A DNA stretch of 64,000 nt from Nitrospirota bacterium (GCA_963818475.1 CAWFSF010000001.1:64001-128000), one strand, 5' to 3'; counted from the stretch's first letter, positions 42,526 through 56,066 are shown. Translations and numbers: made by a program. Notes: generated by a model not told the origin, from the sequence alone.

Positions 42526-43924
42526 ATGACTGAACTATCGAATTGAGAAGGATTCCCTCGGCGAGGTCAAGGTGCCGGCAAACGCTTTGTACGGTGCGCA
42601 GACGCAGCGCGCGATCGGAAACTTTCCCGTGAGCAGCATCCGCTTCCCCCGCGAATTCATCCGCGCGCTGGGGCTCATCAAGGCCGTTGCCGCCGAAGTG
42701 AACGCCGGCCTCGGACTGCTCGACGCAAAGATCGCCCATGCCATTCACCTGGCTGCCCTCGAGGTTGCGGACGGCGCCTGGGACGAACAGTTCCCGCTCG
42801 ACGTGTTCCAGACCGGCTCAGGCACGTCGACGAACATGAATGCCAACGAGGTCATCGCCTCCCGCGCGACACAGCTCCTCGGAACGCCGCCAGCGCCCGT
42901 TCACCCCAACAATGAGGTGAACATGGGCCAGTCCTCGAACGACGTCATCCCCACAGCGATCCATGTGAGCGCTTGCCTGCAGTTGAGCGAACTGCTGCTG
43001 CCGGCGTTGAACCATCTCCATGAAACGCTCAAGACCAGAGAGCGGGACTGCTACGATGTGGTCAAAACCGGCCGCACGCACCTGATGGACGCCATGCCGA
43101 TCCGGCTGAGCCAGGAAATAAGCGGCTGGGCCTATCAGGTTGCGCAAAGCATCGAACGCATCGAATCGTGCCTGCCGCGCCTTGCACAGCTCGCCATCGG
43201 CGGGACGGCTGTGGGCACGGGGATCAACACGCCCAGGACTTTGGAAAGATCGTTGCCAGCAGGCTGGCAGGGCGCACGAAGCTCCCCTTTGTCGAGACCG
43301 ATCAACCACTTCGCGGCGCAGGCGACGATGGATACGGCTGTCGAGCTTTCAGGCCATTTGAAAACGACCGCATCGTCCTTTATGAAAATGGCCAACGACC
43401 TCCGCTGGATGAACAGCGGCCCCATTGGCGGACTGGGCGAGATATCCCTCCCAACGCTCCAGCCGGGCTCGAGCATCATGCCCGGCAAGGTGAACCCGGT
43501 CATGTGCGAAGTGATGATGATGGCTGCGGCACAGGTCACGGGGAACGACGTGGCGATCACCATCGCCAACCAGCAGGGAAATTTCGAGCTGAACGTCATG
43601 CTGCCGGTCATCGCCCACAACCTGCTCCAGTCCATCACGATCCTCGCGAACGCGTCGCGGCTGCTGGCGGACCATGCCATCGCCGGATTCGTCGTGAACC
43701 GCGAGCGCATAGCCGGGCTTGTGGACAGGAACCCGATCCTGGTGACTGCGCTCAATCCGGTGATCGGCTACGACAAGGCTGCGCAGATCGCGAAGAAAGC
43801 CTATGCCGAAGGAAGGTCGCTCAAGGACGTTGCCGCTGAGATGACGGATTTGTCCAGGGAAGAACTGGACCGCCTGCTCGACCCGCGGAAGATGACGGAA
43901 GGCGGAATCGGCAATAAATCGTAA
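42526..43924 (+). CDS. fumC: Class II fumarate hydratase, with indels
   Basis: YGAQTQRA, QTGSGTSTNMNANEV, KTGRTHLMDA, GSSIMPGKVNP. Confidence 0.93.
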
Positions 43925-43932
43925 CATGTGTA

Positions 43933-44009
43933 GCCCCTCCCTTGATGGGAGGGGTGCGGGGAGGGTGAATCTTTCACCCCCACCCTGCCTCCCCCATCAA
44001 GGGGGAGGT
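43933..44009. repeat. Head-to-head CCCTC/GAGGG palindrome doublet
   Basis: CCCCTCCCTTGATGGGAGGGG...GAGGGTGA-ATCTT-TCACCCCCACCC...CCCCCATCAAGGGGGAGG. Confidence 0.75.
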
Positions 44010-44031
44010 GACAAGTTGAGCGGAGTCAAAC

Positions 44032-44700
44032 GTGTTTCTCTTTCCCACAAGTTCTGTCGGCAGAAAGCTCCTTATGACGATCACGGGCCAGCTCATGGTC
44101 ATCTTCGTCATTGTCCACGTTCTGGGGAACTCCACCATCTACGTGAGCTGGCTGAACGCCTATGCCGCCGGCCTGCATGCCTTCCCGCCCTTCCTCTGGG
44201 CCATCCGGCTGATGATGATCGCATCGGTCCTTCTCCATATCTATCTCGGCATTGTGGTCACGCTTGAGAACCGCGCTTCAAAACCGCAAGCTTACGCGAT
44301 CACTCGCAATTTGAGCGCAACCTTCGCAGGACGAAACATGATCTGGTCCGGCGCTTTGATCTTTTCCTTTCTTATCTACCACCTTCTGCAGTTCACCTTC
44401 CAGGTCACGGACCCCGCCATCGCCGCGATTCGGAACCTTGATGCCGCGGGCAGGCCCGATGTTCTCTCCATGGTCGTGCAGAGCTTCCAGCATATAAACA
44501 TCGTGCTGGTGTACCTAGTTTCTCTGACAGCCTTGCTGCTCCATTTGACCCACGGGATCCAGAGCTCGTTCCAGACCTGGGGGCTGAACAACGACAGAAG
44601 CCTGCCAATCATGATAAAGGCGGGTACCATGACGGCTGTGGTGCTTTTTCTTGGATATATAGCGATACCAATGGTGATCGTTTTTGGAGTTCTGAAGTGA
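44032..44700 (+). CDS. sdhC: Succinate dehydrogenase/fumarate reductase cytochrome b subunit
   Basis: SSVGRKLLMTITG, HVLGN, HLTHGIQSSFQTWG; multi-TM. Confidence 0.9.
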   Translation: MFLFPTSSVGRKLLMTITGQLMVIFVIVHVLGNSTIYVSWLNAYAAGLHAFPPFLWAIRLMMIASVLLHIYLGIVVTLENRASKPQAYAITRNLSATFAGRNMIWSGALIFSFLIYHLLQFTFQVTDPAIAAIRNLDAAGRPDVLSMVVQSFQHINIVLVYLVSLTALLLHLTHGIQSSFQTWGLNNDRSLPIMIKAGTMTAVVLFLGYIAIPMVIVFGVLK

Positions 44701-44719
44701 TAAAGACCGCAACCAACTT

Positions 44720-44821
44720 TGCCACGAAGACACAAAGGCACGAAGAAATGCTGGATGATTGTACCGTCCATTTAACCCCTTAGTTTTAAAGCTGTCTTAG
44801 TGTCTTCGTGCCTTCGTGGCA
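44720..44821. repeat. 9-bp periodic inverted repeat (CACGAAG) between sdhC and sdhA
   Basis: TGCCACGAAGACACAAAGGCACGAAGA ... TCTTAGTGTCTTCGTGCCTTCGTGGCA. Confidence 0.88.
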
Positions 44822-44851
44822 GAATTTTTGTTTCCATTTTGGAGCTAACAC

Positions 44852-46768
<1,917 letters not shown>

Positions 46769-46771
46769 AAT

Positions 46772-46893
46772 TTTCACCACGGAGACACGGAGTCACAGAG
46801 GAAACCGAAAATCTTTAACGTGGTAAAGACTTTAAGAAAATTACTTAGGTAATTCACTTGCCGTTCTCCGTGTCTCCGTGCCTCCGTGGTAAA
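46772..46893. repeat. 9-bp periodic inverted repeat (CACGGAG) between sdhA and sdhB
   Basis: ACCACGGAGACACGGAGTCACAGAG ... CTCCGTGTCTCCGTGCCTCCGTGGT. Confidence 0.88.
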
Positions 46894-46912
46894 TAGCTTT
46901 TGAGGTTTTACT

Positions 46913-47680
46913 ATGAATCTAACATTCTACGTCTGGCGCCAAAAAGGCCCGAAAGAAAAAGGCAAACTCGTTCAATACGCGGCAAAGGACATCAGCTCCG
47001 ATATGTCCTTCCTCGAGATGCTCGACGTGGTGAACGAAGACCTGATCAAGCAGGGCGACGAGCCGATCGCGTTCGACAGTGACTGCCGCGAAGGCATCTG
47101 CGGCATGTGCGGCCAGGTCGTGAACGGCATCCCCCACGGCCCGCGGAAGAAGACCACGGTCTGCCAGCTCCATATGCGCCACTTCAAGGACAGTGACACG
47201 ATCTATATCGAACCCTTCCGCGCAAGAGCGTTCCCGGTGATCAAGGACCTGATCGTCGACCGCGGCGCATTCGACAAGATCATCCAGTCCGGCGGGTACA
47301 TTTCGGTCCATACAGGCGGCGTGCCGGACGGCAATACGATCCTGATCCCGAAGCATGATGCCGACCTTGCCATGGATGCCGCCGAATGCATCGGCTGCGG
47401 CGCATGCGTGGCAGCCTGCCCGAACGGTTCGGCCATGCTCTTCACCGCAGCGAAGGTCTCCCATCTCGCCGCCCTTCCCCAGGGGCAGGTCGAAGCAGCT
47501 CGCCGGGTCTGCGTCATGACCGAAGAGATGCTCAGCCAGGGCTTCGGCAACTGCAGCAACCACTACGAGTGTCAGGCCGTCTGCCCCAAGGGGATCAAGG
47601 TGCAGTTCATCGCGAAACTGAACCGGGAGTTCATCAAGGCCCGGGGGAAAACCGAAAAGGGCAGCGGAGCGCTCTCCTGA
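46913..47680 (+). CDS. sdhB: Succinate dehydrogenase/fumarate reductase Fe-S subunit
   Basis: [33 protein letters not shown]. Confidence 0.95.
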   Translation: MNLTFYVWRQKGPKEKGKLVQYAAKDISSDMSFLEMLDVVNEDLIKQGDEPIAFDSDCREGICGMCGQVVNGIPHGPRKKTTVCQLHMRHFKDSDTIYIEPFRARAFPVIKDLIVDRGAFDKIIQSGGYISVHTGGVPDGNTILIPKHDADLAMDAAECIGCGACVAACPNGSAMLFTAAKVSHLAALPQGQVEAARRVCVMTEEMLSQGFGNCSNHYECQAVCPKGIKVQFIAKLNREFIKARGKTEKGSGALS

Positions 47681-47694
47681 CAAGCACTATCAGC

Positions 47695-47730
47695 AGAAAT
47701 GCCGGGGAATCGATCTCCCCGGCATTTTCT
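47695..47730. terminator. Bidirectional terminator between convergent genes
   Basis: AGAAATGCCGGGGA...TCCCCGGCATTTTCT. Confidence 0.75.
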
Positions 47731-47760
47731 ATTATTGAACCGCGATGGCCTACCGCCTTG

Positions 47761-48876
47761 CTATGCCGCTTTCTTCATCGCCCGCACCGCGAACTTCTTC
47801 TCAAGCACTTCCAGCTTCTCCATGATGCCCGTGTACTCCAACTCGTTCATCGGCAGCATGGCGGCGCCGAAGAACCCCTGTTTCCGCATGTCCATGGCCT
47901 TGTCCGCCACGTGGTCGCGCACCCGGTCCCAGAAGGGATGAGCGAAAGCATCGAGCGGTTCGGTCAGCTTGCCGTCACGGATGGAAAAGGCCGCGCAGCT
48001 CACGATCGGAGGCCCGTCGAAATAGCTGATCGGCGAGTTCAGCTTTACCGGCATGATCGGCATGTTGTGCGATCCGCGCATGCAGCCTGCCACGAAATGA
48101 CCGATGCTGAACGGCTGCAGCACCTCGCCGGTTGCCGGGAAGTCCATCTGGGTCCGGACGAGCATCACGGGATCGTCCTTGCCGGTGTATTTCCCGGCTA
48201 TGTTATGGAGCCGCGACGTTGCCACGGACACTGCCTGCGTTCCTGCCGCCCGCGACCAGACCGACTCCACCACGAACCGCTCCGGATCACGAAGCAGGGT
48301 GGCGATATCGTAGAGGTCCTCAGGAGCGCTCAGCTCGATGACCCGATCGCCCTCGGTGTAGTTCACGTCCATGATCGTGAACGTGAATCCTTTTGCCAGC
48401 TTGGGCGAGAGCATCAGCCCCGGCGTGTTCATGGCATCGGCGAAGGCCAGATAGAGCGGAAGGTTATAGGCGCCGGGATCGGTCTTGTCAGCGGCAAAGA
48501 ACAGGAAGGGCTCACCGGGCCGCTCCTCGAACTCCATCTCCGTGACCGCGGGCCCCATGCCGTGTACGTTGCCGGAGAAGGCGTCCTTCAGCAGGTCCTG
48601 TCCGGCGCCGTACAGCCCCTGCTGCTTTGCGATCGCAGTCCCGGCAACAAAGGCGTCCCACGCCAGTTTGTGGACCTGTTCGTTGCCTTCACCGCGCGTA
48701 TGGGTCATGAGGATCGCCACGTCGTCTCCCGTGTAGCTCACATAGCTGTCGATCAGCAATCCCTTGCCCTTTTCCGCTACCTGTTTTTTGACGGTATCGA
48801 GCAGCTTTTCCGAAGGTGCGATATGACCTCCTACCGAACCGATATCAGCCTTGATAACGCTCACCGTGATCTTCAT
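47761..48876 (-). CDS. fbp: Bifunctional fructose-1,6-bisphosphate aldolase/phosphatase (class V FBPase)
   Basis: SVIKADIGSVGGH, GDD, LYGAGQDLLKDAFSGN, DKTDPGAYNLP, GKDDPV, GCMRGSH. Confidence 0.93.
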   Translation of the reverse strand: MKITVSVIKADIGSVGGHIAPSEKLLDTVKKQVAEKGKGLLIDSYVSYTGDDVAILMTHTRGEGNEQVHKLAWDAFVAGTAIAKQQGLYGAGQDLLKDAFSGNVHGMGPAVTEMEFEERPGEPFLFFAADKTDPGAYNLPLYLAFADAMNTPGLMLSPKLAKGFTFTIMDVNYTEGDRVIELSAPEDLYDIATLLRDPERFVVESVWSRAAGTQAVSVATSRLHNIAGKYTGKDDPVMLVRTQMDFPATGEVLQPFSIGHFVAGCMRGSHNMPIMPVKLNSPISYFDGPPIVSCAAFSIRDGKLTEPLDAFAHPFWDRVRDHVADKAMDMRKQGFFGAAMLPMNELEYTGIMEKLEVLEKKFAVRAMKKAA

Positions 48877-48901
48877 GGCAGCCTCCTTTCGCATCTGAAA
48901 A

Positions 48902-48951
48902 ATCCCCCTCCTTTATCCTCTCCCCCGAGGGGAGAGGGCTGGGTGAGGGGC
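48902..48951. repeat. Single CCCTC/GAGGG-type palindrome
   Basis: CCTCTCCCCCGAGGGGAGAGGGCTGGGTGAGGGG, related to 43933-44009. Confidence 0.6.
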
Positions 48952-49082
48952 CTGCTTTAATGATAGCACAGACCATACAGGCTGGTTTCCGGGAAAGGCC
49001 GCTGTTGCGGCAGGAAGGGATCAGTGACAAAAAAAGGGCGACCTCATTATTGAGATCGCCCTGGGCTGCATTCCGGAACAAT

Positions 49083-50745
49083 TTAGAGCGGATTGAGAAT
49101 ACTGTCGATCACGGTCCTTGCCGCCACGAGCGGATCGATGAAGCGGCTGTCCATGTCGTGCTCGATATCACGCTTGTTCGACAGGAAGGTGATGCGGTCC
49201 TGCATGCGGTTCCTGAGGAACTGGAGGTAGTCGGGGTTCTTCGTGGGTTTGAACTTCTTGTCATAATCCGCGCCAAAGAGGTCGGCGCCGTTCGCCGGAA
49301 CCATAAGGCCCGGGAAGGACTTCCACTCGCGCCACTCGACCTTCTTGCGCACCAGCTGGGTCACGATGGCGAGCGAGAGCTCCTTGGGCACCTTGACCTC
49401 ATCGCCGGGCATGCCGAAGTGGCCCGTGTTCATGATGTAGCACTCGGTGCCGAGCTTGAAAAGCTTCAGGAACTGACGGCAATCTTCCGTAAGTTTGTGC
49501 ACGCGGAAGGGGTTGGCAAAAGGCTCGATCACGAGCTTGGCCAGCTCTTCCCGGGGCACGTTCTCGACGCCCTTGGCGCGCAGGGTGGAGAGCGACGCGC
49601 CCATGGCAACAGCGAGGCCCAGGTCGGAGACCTTCATTACCGGCGGCAGGGACTGGTCCTTCTGGAGCCAGATAAGCTGCCCGGGCCGGGCGCAGGAATC
49701 GGCGATGTTGAACATGTCGCGCGACTTTATGCAGCGGCCGTTGTCGTTCCGGATGTCCTGCGCAACGATCTCTTTTTTGCCGTTCCCGAGGTCCGTGACC
49801 GCCACGTTCTGGGCGGAGTAGAAATACTTGATGATGGGATCGCGGAAATCCACGGCATCGGTCTTATCGAAGAGGCTCGGTTCGAGCGCAACCGTGAGAT
49901 TCTCGTCCAGGCCGATCAGGAACGCGTCGTCATGAATAACCGTGACCTTCTCGGTCTTCTTCAGCAGGCCGCCGTGATCAAGGCTGTTCGTGAGCGACGA
50001 CTTGCCGGAGCCCGACAATCCGAACACGGCCACCGGCGGATAGTTGCCGATGGTCTTGATGCCGCCGTGGCAGGCCACCATGTTGAGCCGCACGCCGATG
50101 GTCCAGGCCAGCGTGAGCGTCCCCTTCTTGCGCTCGCCGAAATAGCGGAGCCCGAGGATGGCGATGCAGTTCTCTTCCTCGTCGATGATCACGAGCCCGT
50201 TCGGGAACTCGGGGTCGGACCAGTCGGGGTCGGCGATCACGAGGATGTCCGGTTCATCGAGCTTTTTGGACTTTTTATACTGCTCGTTCCAGGGCTTCAT
50301 CCAGGGCGTAAAATTGCAGCCCCAGTCGAGCATGTTCTTCGCGTCCGTGGCCGGGGCAGAGGATATGGGCCTTCAGCATGAAATCCTTGTGCAGACCGAT
50401 GATGCCTTCGAGCCAGAGGCTCTCCTTCTTGGTGATCTGGTAGGTGACCTCGCCCAGGATGCGGAGGTACTTGTCACGGTCCTTGCCCATCTCGCGCACG
50501 AGCCTGCGCGCGCGTGCCGTGCGGCCGACGATGCCGCCGTCATTCGAGATCAGGACCTTGGCGTCCTTCGGCAGTCCATACTGGGATGGTTTATAAAAGG
50601 GATGGGACGTGGCCATTACCTCAGGCTGTTTGATAGCCAGCTTGTACAGCTCGGCCATGTTCGTCTTGCGAACCGAATTGGCATAAAAAGCGCTTTCGAT
50701 CATCGCCCGCCAGGGCGACCGGGGCAGCCTGTTCACTGATGCCAT
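49083..50745 (-). CDS. Phosphoenolpyruvate carboxykinase (ATP)-like protein, frameshifted
   Basis: YFGERKKG, ACHGG, FGLSGSGKS, IHDD, ANPFR, MNTG. Confidence 0.85.
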
Positions 50746-50948
50746 GGAAAACTCCTCTGATTTCTTTGCGTTTCCGCATTGGAATGGTAGTATAGTGTGC
50801 TATTATGCACATTTACGGGGGAAAAGTAAAGAAAAGCTTGCGCGGTTTTTTGAAAAAAAGGACTAAAAAAGCCCGGCTGAGGTGAACCGGCCGGGTTCTG
50901 TTGGTCAGTTAGGAGTAAAATCCTTCACAAAATGGCAAGAATATTTTC

Positions 50949-51210
50949 ACCGCGAAGGCGCGAGGAGCGCGAGGACGTCAAAACAATCGTAACTATTCAG
51001 GTGGCTTGCAGTCATTGAAAACGGCACGTTCTGATCTGCCATCCCATTTCGTCATTCCCGAACGCTTTAATCGGGAATCCAGGGTTTTTAACATCACTGG
51101 GTCCCCGATTGGGTCACTCGGGGGCGACGGATTTTAGTTACCTGAAGAGTTAAAGTTTATCAACATTCAAGGCTTTTAAGATTTCCTCGCGACCTTTGCG
51201 ACTTCGCGGT
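50949..51210. repeat. Nested palindromic elements (9-bp CGCGAAG arms enclosing a TIR pair and a CGTC-type REP doublet)
   Basis: Outer ACCGCGAAGGCGCGAGGAGCGCGAGGA / TCCTCGCGACCTTTGCGACTTCGCGGT; middle GTAACTATTCAGG / CCTGAAGAGTTAA; inner CGTCATTCCCG...TCGGGGGCGACG. Confidence 0.8.
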
Positions 51211-51257
51211 TCCAAGGTTTTTTTCGGCTTGTCCGGTTTGGGTCAAGGGACAAAGCG

Positions 51258-53321
51258 TTACATCACAATGCTTCCTGCCGCCCGGTTGGCCTCCTGGCCG
51301 GCCGGCGCCTTGTCGATGACGAACAGGAGCTGTCCTTCCTGCACGGTCTCGTTGAGCTTCACGCAGACCTCGGAGATCTGGCCGTCCATGGGCGCCAGGA
51401 TCGCGTTCTCCATTTTCATGGCCTCGAGGTTTGCGATCTCCTCGCCCTTGTGCACGATATCGCCCGCCTTGATCGGGCCGCGGCTGGGATTGCCGATGCG
51501 CCAGAGGTTGCCGTTGATCGGCGCGCCGATGTTGCCGCTCCCTTGGCCATCCTGATCTCGGCCTTCTTGGCCCGCGGCGTCATGACCGTGTAGACCCGCG
51601 TCTTGTTGTTGACCCGCATCACCACATGGATGACGCCTTCATGCTCCGCGCCGATCGAGACCAGTTCAATGGAATAGGGTTTGCCCCAGTGTTCGAAATC
51701 CACGCGGTCGCCCGGCTTTGTCAGCCCCTTTCGCCATACATCCGTCGGCAGCACGAGCGGAGCCTCGCCGAACTTGCCGCGAAATTCGATGAATTCAAGC
51801 GCATCCTTGGGATGCATGAGGTAGAGGATGAACTCCTCATCAGTCACTTCCCTGCCCACGTTCTCCTGCAGGTCCTTCCGCAGCTTATCGAGATCGTCCT
51901 GGGGCATGGAATCGAGCGGCGAAACCTCCTTGCGCTCCTTGATCCTGCCTTCCCACTCATCGCCAAAGGTGCTCTGATACACCCATTCCGCGGGCCAGCC
52001 GACGGGAAGCTTTCCATAATTGCCGAGCAGCAGGTTCTTGAAATCTCCGGGCGCGGCCCGGAAGAGCTGCAGCAGCTCGTCCTGCTCGGCCTTGTCCATG
52101 GCATCGAGGTTCTGCGCTTTTTCTTCAACGAACTTCGTCAGCAGATCGATGACATGCTTGACCCCGCGGTCGCCCTGCTCCTTTGCATACCGGTTCACGA
52201 TCCCGCTGCAGGTGACCCAGGTGATCTGCGAACCGGGGGTAACGTCGAAATATTTCACGATCCGGTTGTAGAGCGACATGGTGGTGAGGATCGCGGGCAT
52301 GAGATGCAGGAACTCGCCCTTGTCCGCCTGCTCAAAAGAACTCGGGAATGCGCCGCCCGGCATCCGGTGACGGGTCACCGTATGGTCCAGTCCCTTGAAG
52401 GGAGACTCCGCCCACTCGTAGTGGCCGATCCACTCGCGCACCTTCCTGACCGCTGCCTCGGCCTCGGGCCTGTTCAGGTGCACGGGAATGCCGGACTCCT
52501 CGAAAATGGCCTGGATCGCCAGGATCGGCGAATGGCCGTAGAACCGGACGAGGGAATCTTCTTCGACGTCGAAGATCGACGCCCCCGCCTTGGCCGCCGA
52601 CAGGAACGCAGGAACCGCCAGGCCGTCGGTGATGTGGCGATGATAGTTGATCACGAGCTTCGGATATTTCTGTTTGATGGCGTCGATCAGGTTCCCGATG
52701 CGGCTTACGTCGCCCACGCCCGCCATGTCCTTGATGCAGAGCACGATCTCGTCGATCCCGCCGCAGAGGTCCACGATGTCCTTGACCACACCGAGGTAGT
52801 ACTCGTTCGTGGCCCAGTCCGCCACCGTAAAGGAGATCGTGGGCTCGAACAGCCTCCCCCGCTTCATGACCACCTCGGCCACGGAGCGCATGTTCCGAAC
52901 GTCGTTCAGGAACGAGAAGCAGCGCCACACGTCGATGTCCACCTTGGCAACGGCGTGTTCGATCACGTTCTTCGGATAGGGCCGGTAGCCCCAGAGGTTC
53001 GTCTCGCGGATCAGCGTCTGCTGCAGCACGTTCGGCATCAGCTCGCGCAGGATCGCGCCCTCCTCGAAGGGGCTTTCCCTGCGGTTCATGATGCCCACGT
53101 GCCACCGCGCGCCGCCGTGCGTTTCGGCGCTGAACAGGCCCATGGCGTTGTAGAACGGGGCGAGCGATTTCAGGTCGTAGATGCGGTGGCGGTTCTTGAA
53201 GTCCGACTGGCCGGCGTCGCGCATGCCGACCGACGTGAGGCTCACGCCCTTCAGCGACCGGACCGCGGCGACGATCTCTTTCGGGCGTCATGCCCGGTTT
53301 TACAAATATGGGATCTGCCAT
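51258..53321 (-). CDS. Pyruvate-carboxylase-like carboxyltransferase + biotin carrier subunit, frameshifted
   Basis: RDAGQS, CIKDMAG, MPGG, VTPGSQ, biotinylation motif EAMKMEN. Confidence 0.85.
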
Positions 53322-53358
53322 AATTCTCCTAATCGATGAATCCTGAACCAACTGCGTC

Positions 53359-53465
53359 TCTCGCAAAGGCGCAAAGAGCGCAAAGGGAACCTTGAGTCAA
53401 AATCTTTACTTTGGTTTAAAACCATGGTTCAAGCTTTTCTTGGCGTCCTTTGCGCCTTTGCGAGA
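53359..53465. repeat. 9-bp periodic inverted repeat (CGCAAAG) between the carboxylase subunit genes
   Basis: TCTCGCAAAGGCGCAAAGAGCGCAAAG ... CTTGGCGTCCTTTGCGCCTTTGCGAGA. Confidence 0.88.
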
Positions 53466-53513
53466 AAACTTATTACTGTCCTTGCCTTTCATTCCGCAAT
53501 CCGCAATGCCTCT

Positions 53514-54971
53514 CTACATCCACTTCTGCGGCCCCAGGGCCGAGGTCTCGGCCACGTACCGCGCGATCTTCAGCACCTCGTCCTCGCTGTTCTTCTCCTG
53601 GAACATGGAGATCAGTTCGTCCATGTGCTCCTCGATGAACCGCGTGGAGAACTCTCCGGCCGCGAACGACGGGTGCCTGATGATCGAAAGCAGGAGCGGC
53701 TGCAGCGTCTTGACGCCCTCGACCCGGAGGTTCCTGCCGAGCGAGCGGTCCATGACGCTGATGGCGTGGTTCCGGTCCGCGCCCGCGGTCATGAGCAGCA
53801 TGAAGAGCGAATCGTAGTACGGCGGGATGTCGCCGCCCTCGTACACGCCCGAGGCCACGCGCACGTTCGGGCCCATGGGGATCTGGAGCCGCGTGATCGG
53901 GCCGAAGGACGGGCTGAAGGTCTTCGGGTCCTCGGCGTTCAGCCGGACCTCGAGCGCCCAGCGGTTCGGACGGATATCGGACTGCTTGAACGGCAGCTTC
54001 TTGCCCAGCGCCACGTCGATCATGATGCCGACGATGTCGAGGCCGGTGATCAGTTCGGTGATGCCGTGCTCCACCTGGAGCCGGGTGTTCACTTCGAGGA
54101 AATAGAACTTCCGCGTCGCGGAATCGAAGATATATTCCACCGTGCCTGCCGTGGTATAGCCGATCTCGCGCATCAGCCGGGTCGCGGTGTAGCAGATCTC
54201 GTTCCGGAGGTTCTCGTCAAGGCTCGGCGACGGCGCCTCCTCGATGATCTTCTGGTTCCGCCGCTGGAGCGTGCACTCGCGTTCGTAGAGATGAACGACA
54301 TTCCCGTGGCTGTCCGCCACGATCTGGACCTCGATATGCCTGCCCCGCTCGATGTACTTCTCGACCAGGATGGTGTCGTCGCCGAAGGACTTCTTTGCCT
54401 CGGACCGGGCGCGCGCCAGGGCCTGCGACAGCTCTTCGTCGCTCTCGACCTTTACCATGCCCTTGCCGCCCCCGCCGGAGGCGGCCTTGATCATGATGGG
54501 GTAGGCCACGTCGTCCTTCTTCATCCAGGTCTTGATCTGTTCGATGTCCGTGACGGCATCGACACCCGGGATGGTCGGGACATTGGCTTTTTTCGCCAGC
54601 GCCTTGGCCTCGATCTTGTCCCCGAGCATGCTGATGACCTCGGGGGAAGGACCGATCCAGGTGAGGCCTGCATCGATCACCTTTTTCGCGAATCCGGCGT
54701 TCTCGGCAAGGAATCCCCAGCCCGGATGGATCGCGTCAGCCCTGCTCCGGAGCGCGGCTTCGATCATCTTGTCCATGTTGAGATAGGACTCGGCCGGCGG
54801 CGCAGCGCCGATGTGCACGGCCTCGTCGGCCATGAACACGTGGTGGGCGAGACGGTCCGGGTCGCTGTAGACCGCGACGGTCGGTATCTGCCGGTCCCTG
54901 CAGGTATGCATGATCCGGACCGCGGGAACGCCCCGGTTCGCTATCAATACTTTCTGGATCGTTCTGCTCAT
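53514..54971 (-). CDS. Biotin carboxylase subunit
   Basis: VLIANRG, HPGWGFLAEN, KAASGGGGKGM, ERECTLQRRNQK, EVNTRLQVEH. Confidence 0.93.
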   Translation of the reverse strand: MSRTIQKVLIANRGVPAVRIMHTCRDRQIPTVAVYSDPDRLAHHVFMADEAVHIGAAPPAESYLNMDKMIEAALRSRADAIHPGWGFLAENAGFAKKVIDAGLTWIGPSPEVISMLGDKIEAKALAKKANVPTIPGVDAVTDIEQIKTWMKKDDVAYPIMIKAASGGGGKGMVKVESDEELSQALARARSEAKKSFGDDTILVEKYIERGRHIEVQIVADSHGNVVHLYERECTLQRRNQKIIEEAPSPSLDENLRNEICYTATRLMREIGYTTAGTVEYIFDSATRKFYFLEVNTRLQVEHGITELITGLDIVGIMIDVALGKKLPFKQSDIRPNRWALEVRLNAEDPKTFSPSFGPITRLQIPMGPNVRVASGVYEGGDIPPYYDSLFMLLMTAGADRNHAISVMDRSLGRNLRVEGVKTLQPLLLSIIRHPSFAAGEFSTRFIEEHMDELISMFQEKNSEDEVLKIARYVAETSALGPQKWM

Positions 54972-55140
54972 AAAAAGGCACCTTTCTCTGCTGAAACCCT
55001 TGCCGCTGTGCTGCCAGGGAAAACGATTATTTTCTAAAACCACCTGTTTTGTCAAGTATTGTTTTTCAAAAAAAACGATTTCTTCCGCTCCCGCGGGAAC
55101 AAGTGGATCGCCGGCGCAAATGTCGCCGGCGGAGGAGCAT

Positions 55141-55173
55141 AAAAAAAGCCCCTTGCTTCTGCAAGGGGCTTTC
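55141..55173 (-). terminator. Intrinsic terminator for the minus-strand gene
   Basis: AAAAAAAGCCCCTTGC-TTCT-GCAAGGGGCTTT. Confidence 0.8.
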
Positions 55174-55198
55174 GGATCGATCTGATCGTGTTACCCGA

Positions 55199-55959
55199 TT
55201 AGTGCTGAACACTCCCCTTTTCCATGATCACACTGTATTTGTAGCCGGACCCGAAGTCCTTGTCCTTGGTGATGGTGCCCTTCATGGTGACCACGTCGCC
55301 CTTTGCCGGAAGGTCATCTGAGGTTGCCACCAGGTTGTGGCTGCCGTTCTTGGGATCGCCGGTGCCGTCCTGGAGATGGATCCAGTTCATCCCCATGATA
55401 CCGGCAGATACTTTCACGACCTTGCCCTTTACGATCACGGTCTTGCCGTTCAGCGCAGCCGTCTTCTGGTATATTTCCGCCACCGTATAGGCATTCGCTC
55501 CCACAGCCTTCTCAACCTTGACGTCTCTTGTCGACCGCCGACACAGCGGCCTTGCTGCCAGGCGAGGCCTCCGAGGACGCCTTGCCTGCGGAGGACGAAG
55601 TGACCGGCCCGCCCGAGAAGTAGATCACATCGAAGGTGCGGTTCAGGCTTTTGCTCGTAAACTGAGTCATCGGCGCGCCGGGGTGCAGGAAAGCCATCTC
55701 TTTGCCGACGGTGACCTTCATCTCCGAGACCGCCACCCAGGTCTTTTTGCCTTTTTTCTCGAGCAACACATAGGTGTAGCCCCCGGCATTCATCGTTTCC
55801 ACGACTTTGCCGGAAAGAGAAGGCTCGGCGCTCGTCATCTGCCGTCACCGGCTGCGGCTTTGCCGGTGCCGTGCTGCCGTGCTGCGGTGCTGCGTACGCC
55901 GAATAGCCGAGCGGCGAAAGCACCAGGATCGTTACCCACATTGCGAGAAGTCTCTTCAT
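55199..55959 (-). CDS. Secreted OB-fold protein (GYTY-motif family), frameshifted
   Basis: Signal peptide, GKVVETMNAGGYTY, WVAV, KVVKVSAGIMGMNWIHLQDGTG, KDFGSGYKY. Confidence 0.75.
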
Positions 55960-56050
55960 GTCATTACTCCCTGTTCTGTTTGATTTGATCCCAACCGGTT
56001 CAGGAGGGATTGCCATGTCACGCGCCAGTTGACCGGCAGTGCAGGCCTGC

Positions 56051-56066
56051 AGCGCCAATCGTGCCA
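56051..56066 (-). promoter_or_regulatory. Possible sigma-54 promoter
   Basis: TGGCAC-GATTG-GCGCT about 90 bp upstream of the 55959 start. Confidence 0.4.

Noticed and set aside
47386-55037. Long antisense ORFs (47386-48960, 48960-50381, 51626-53323, 53424-55037) and similar ones elsewhere
   Set aside because: Shadow frames of GC-rich genes on the opposite strand, with no recognisable motifs.
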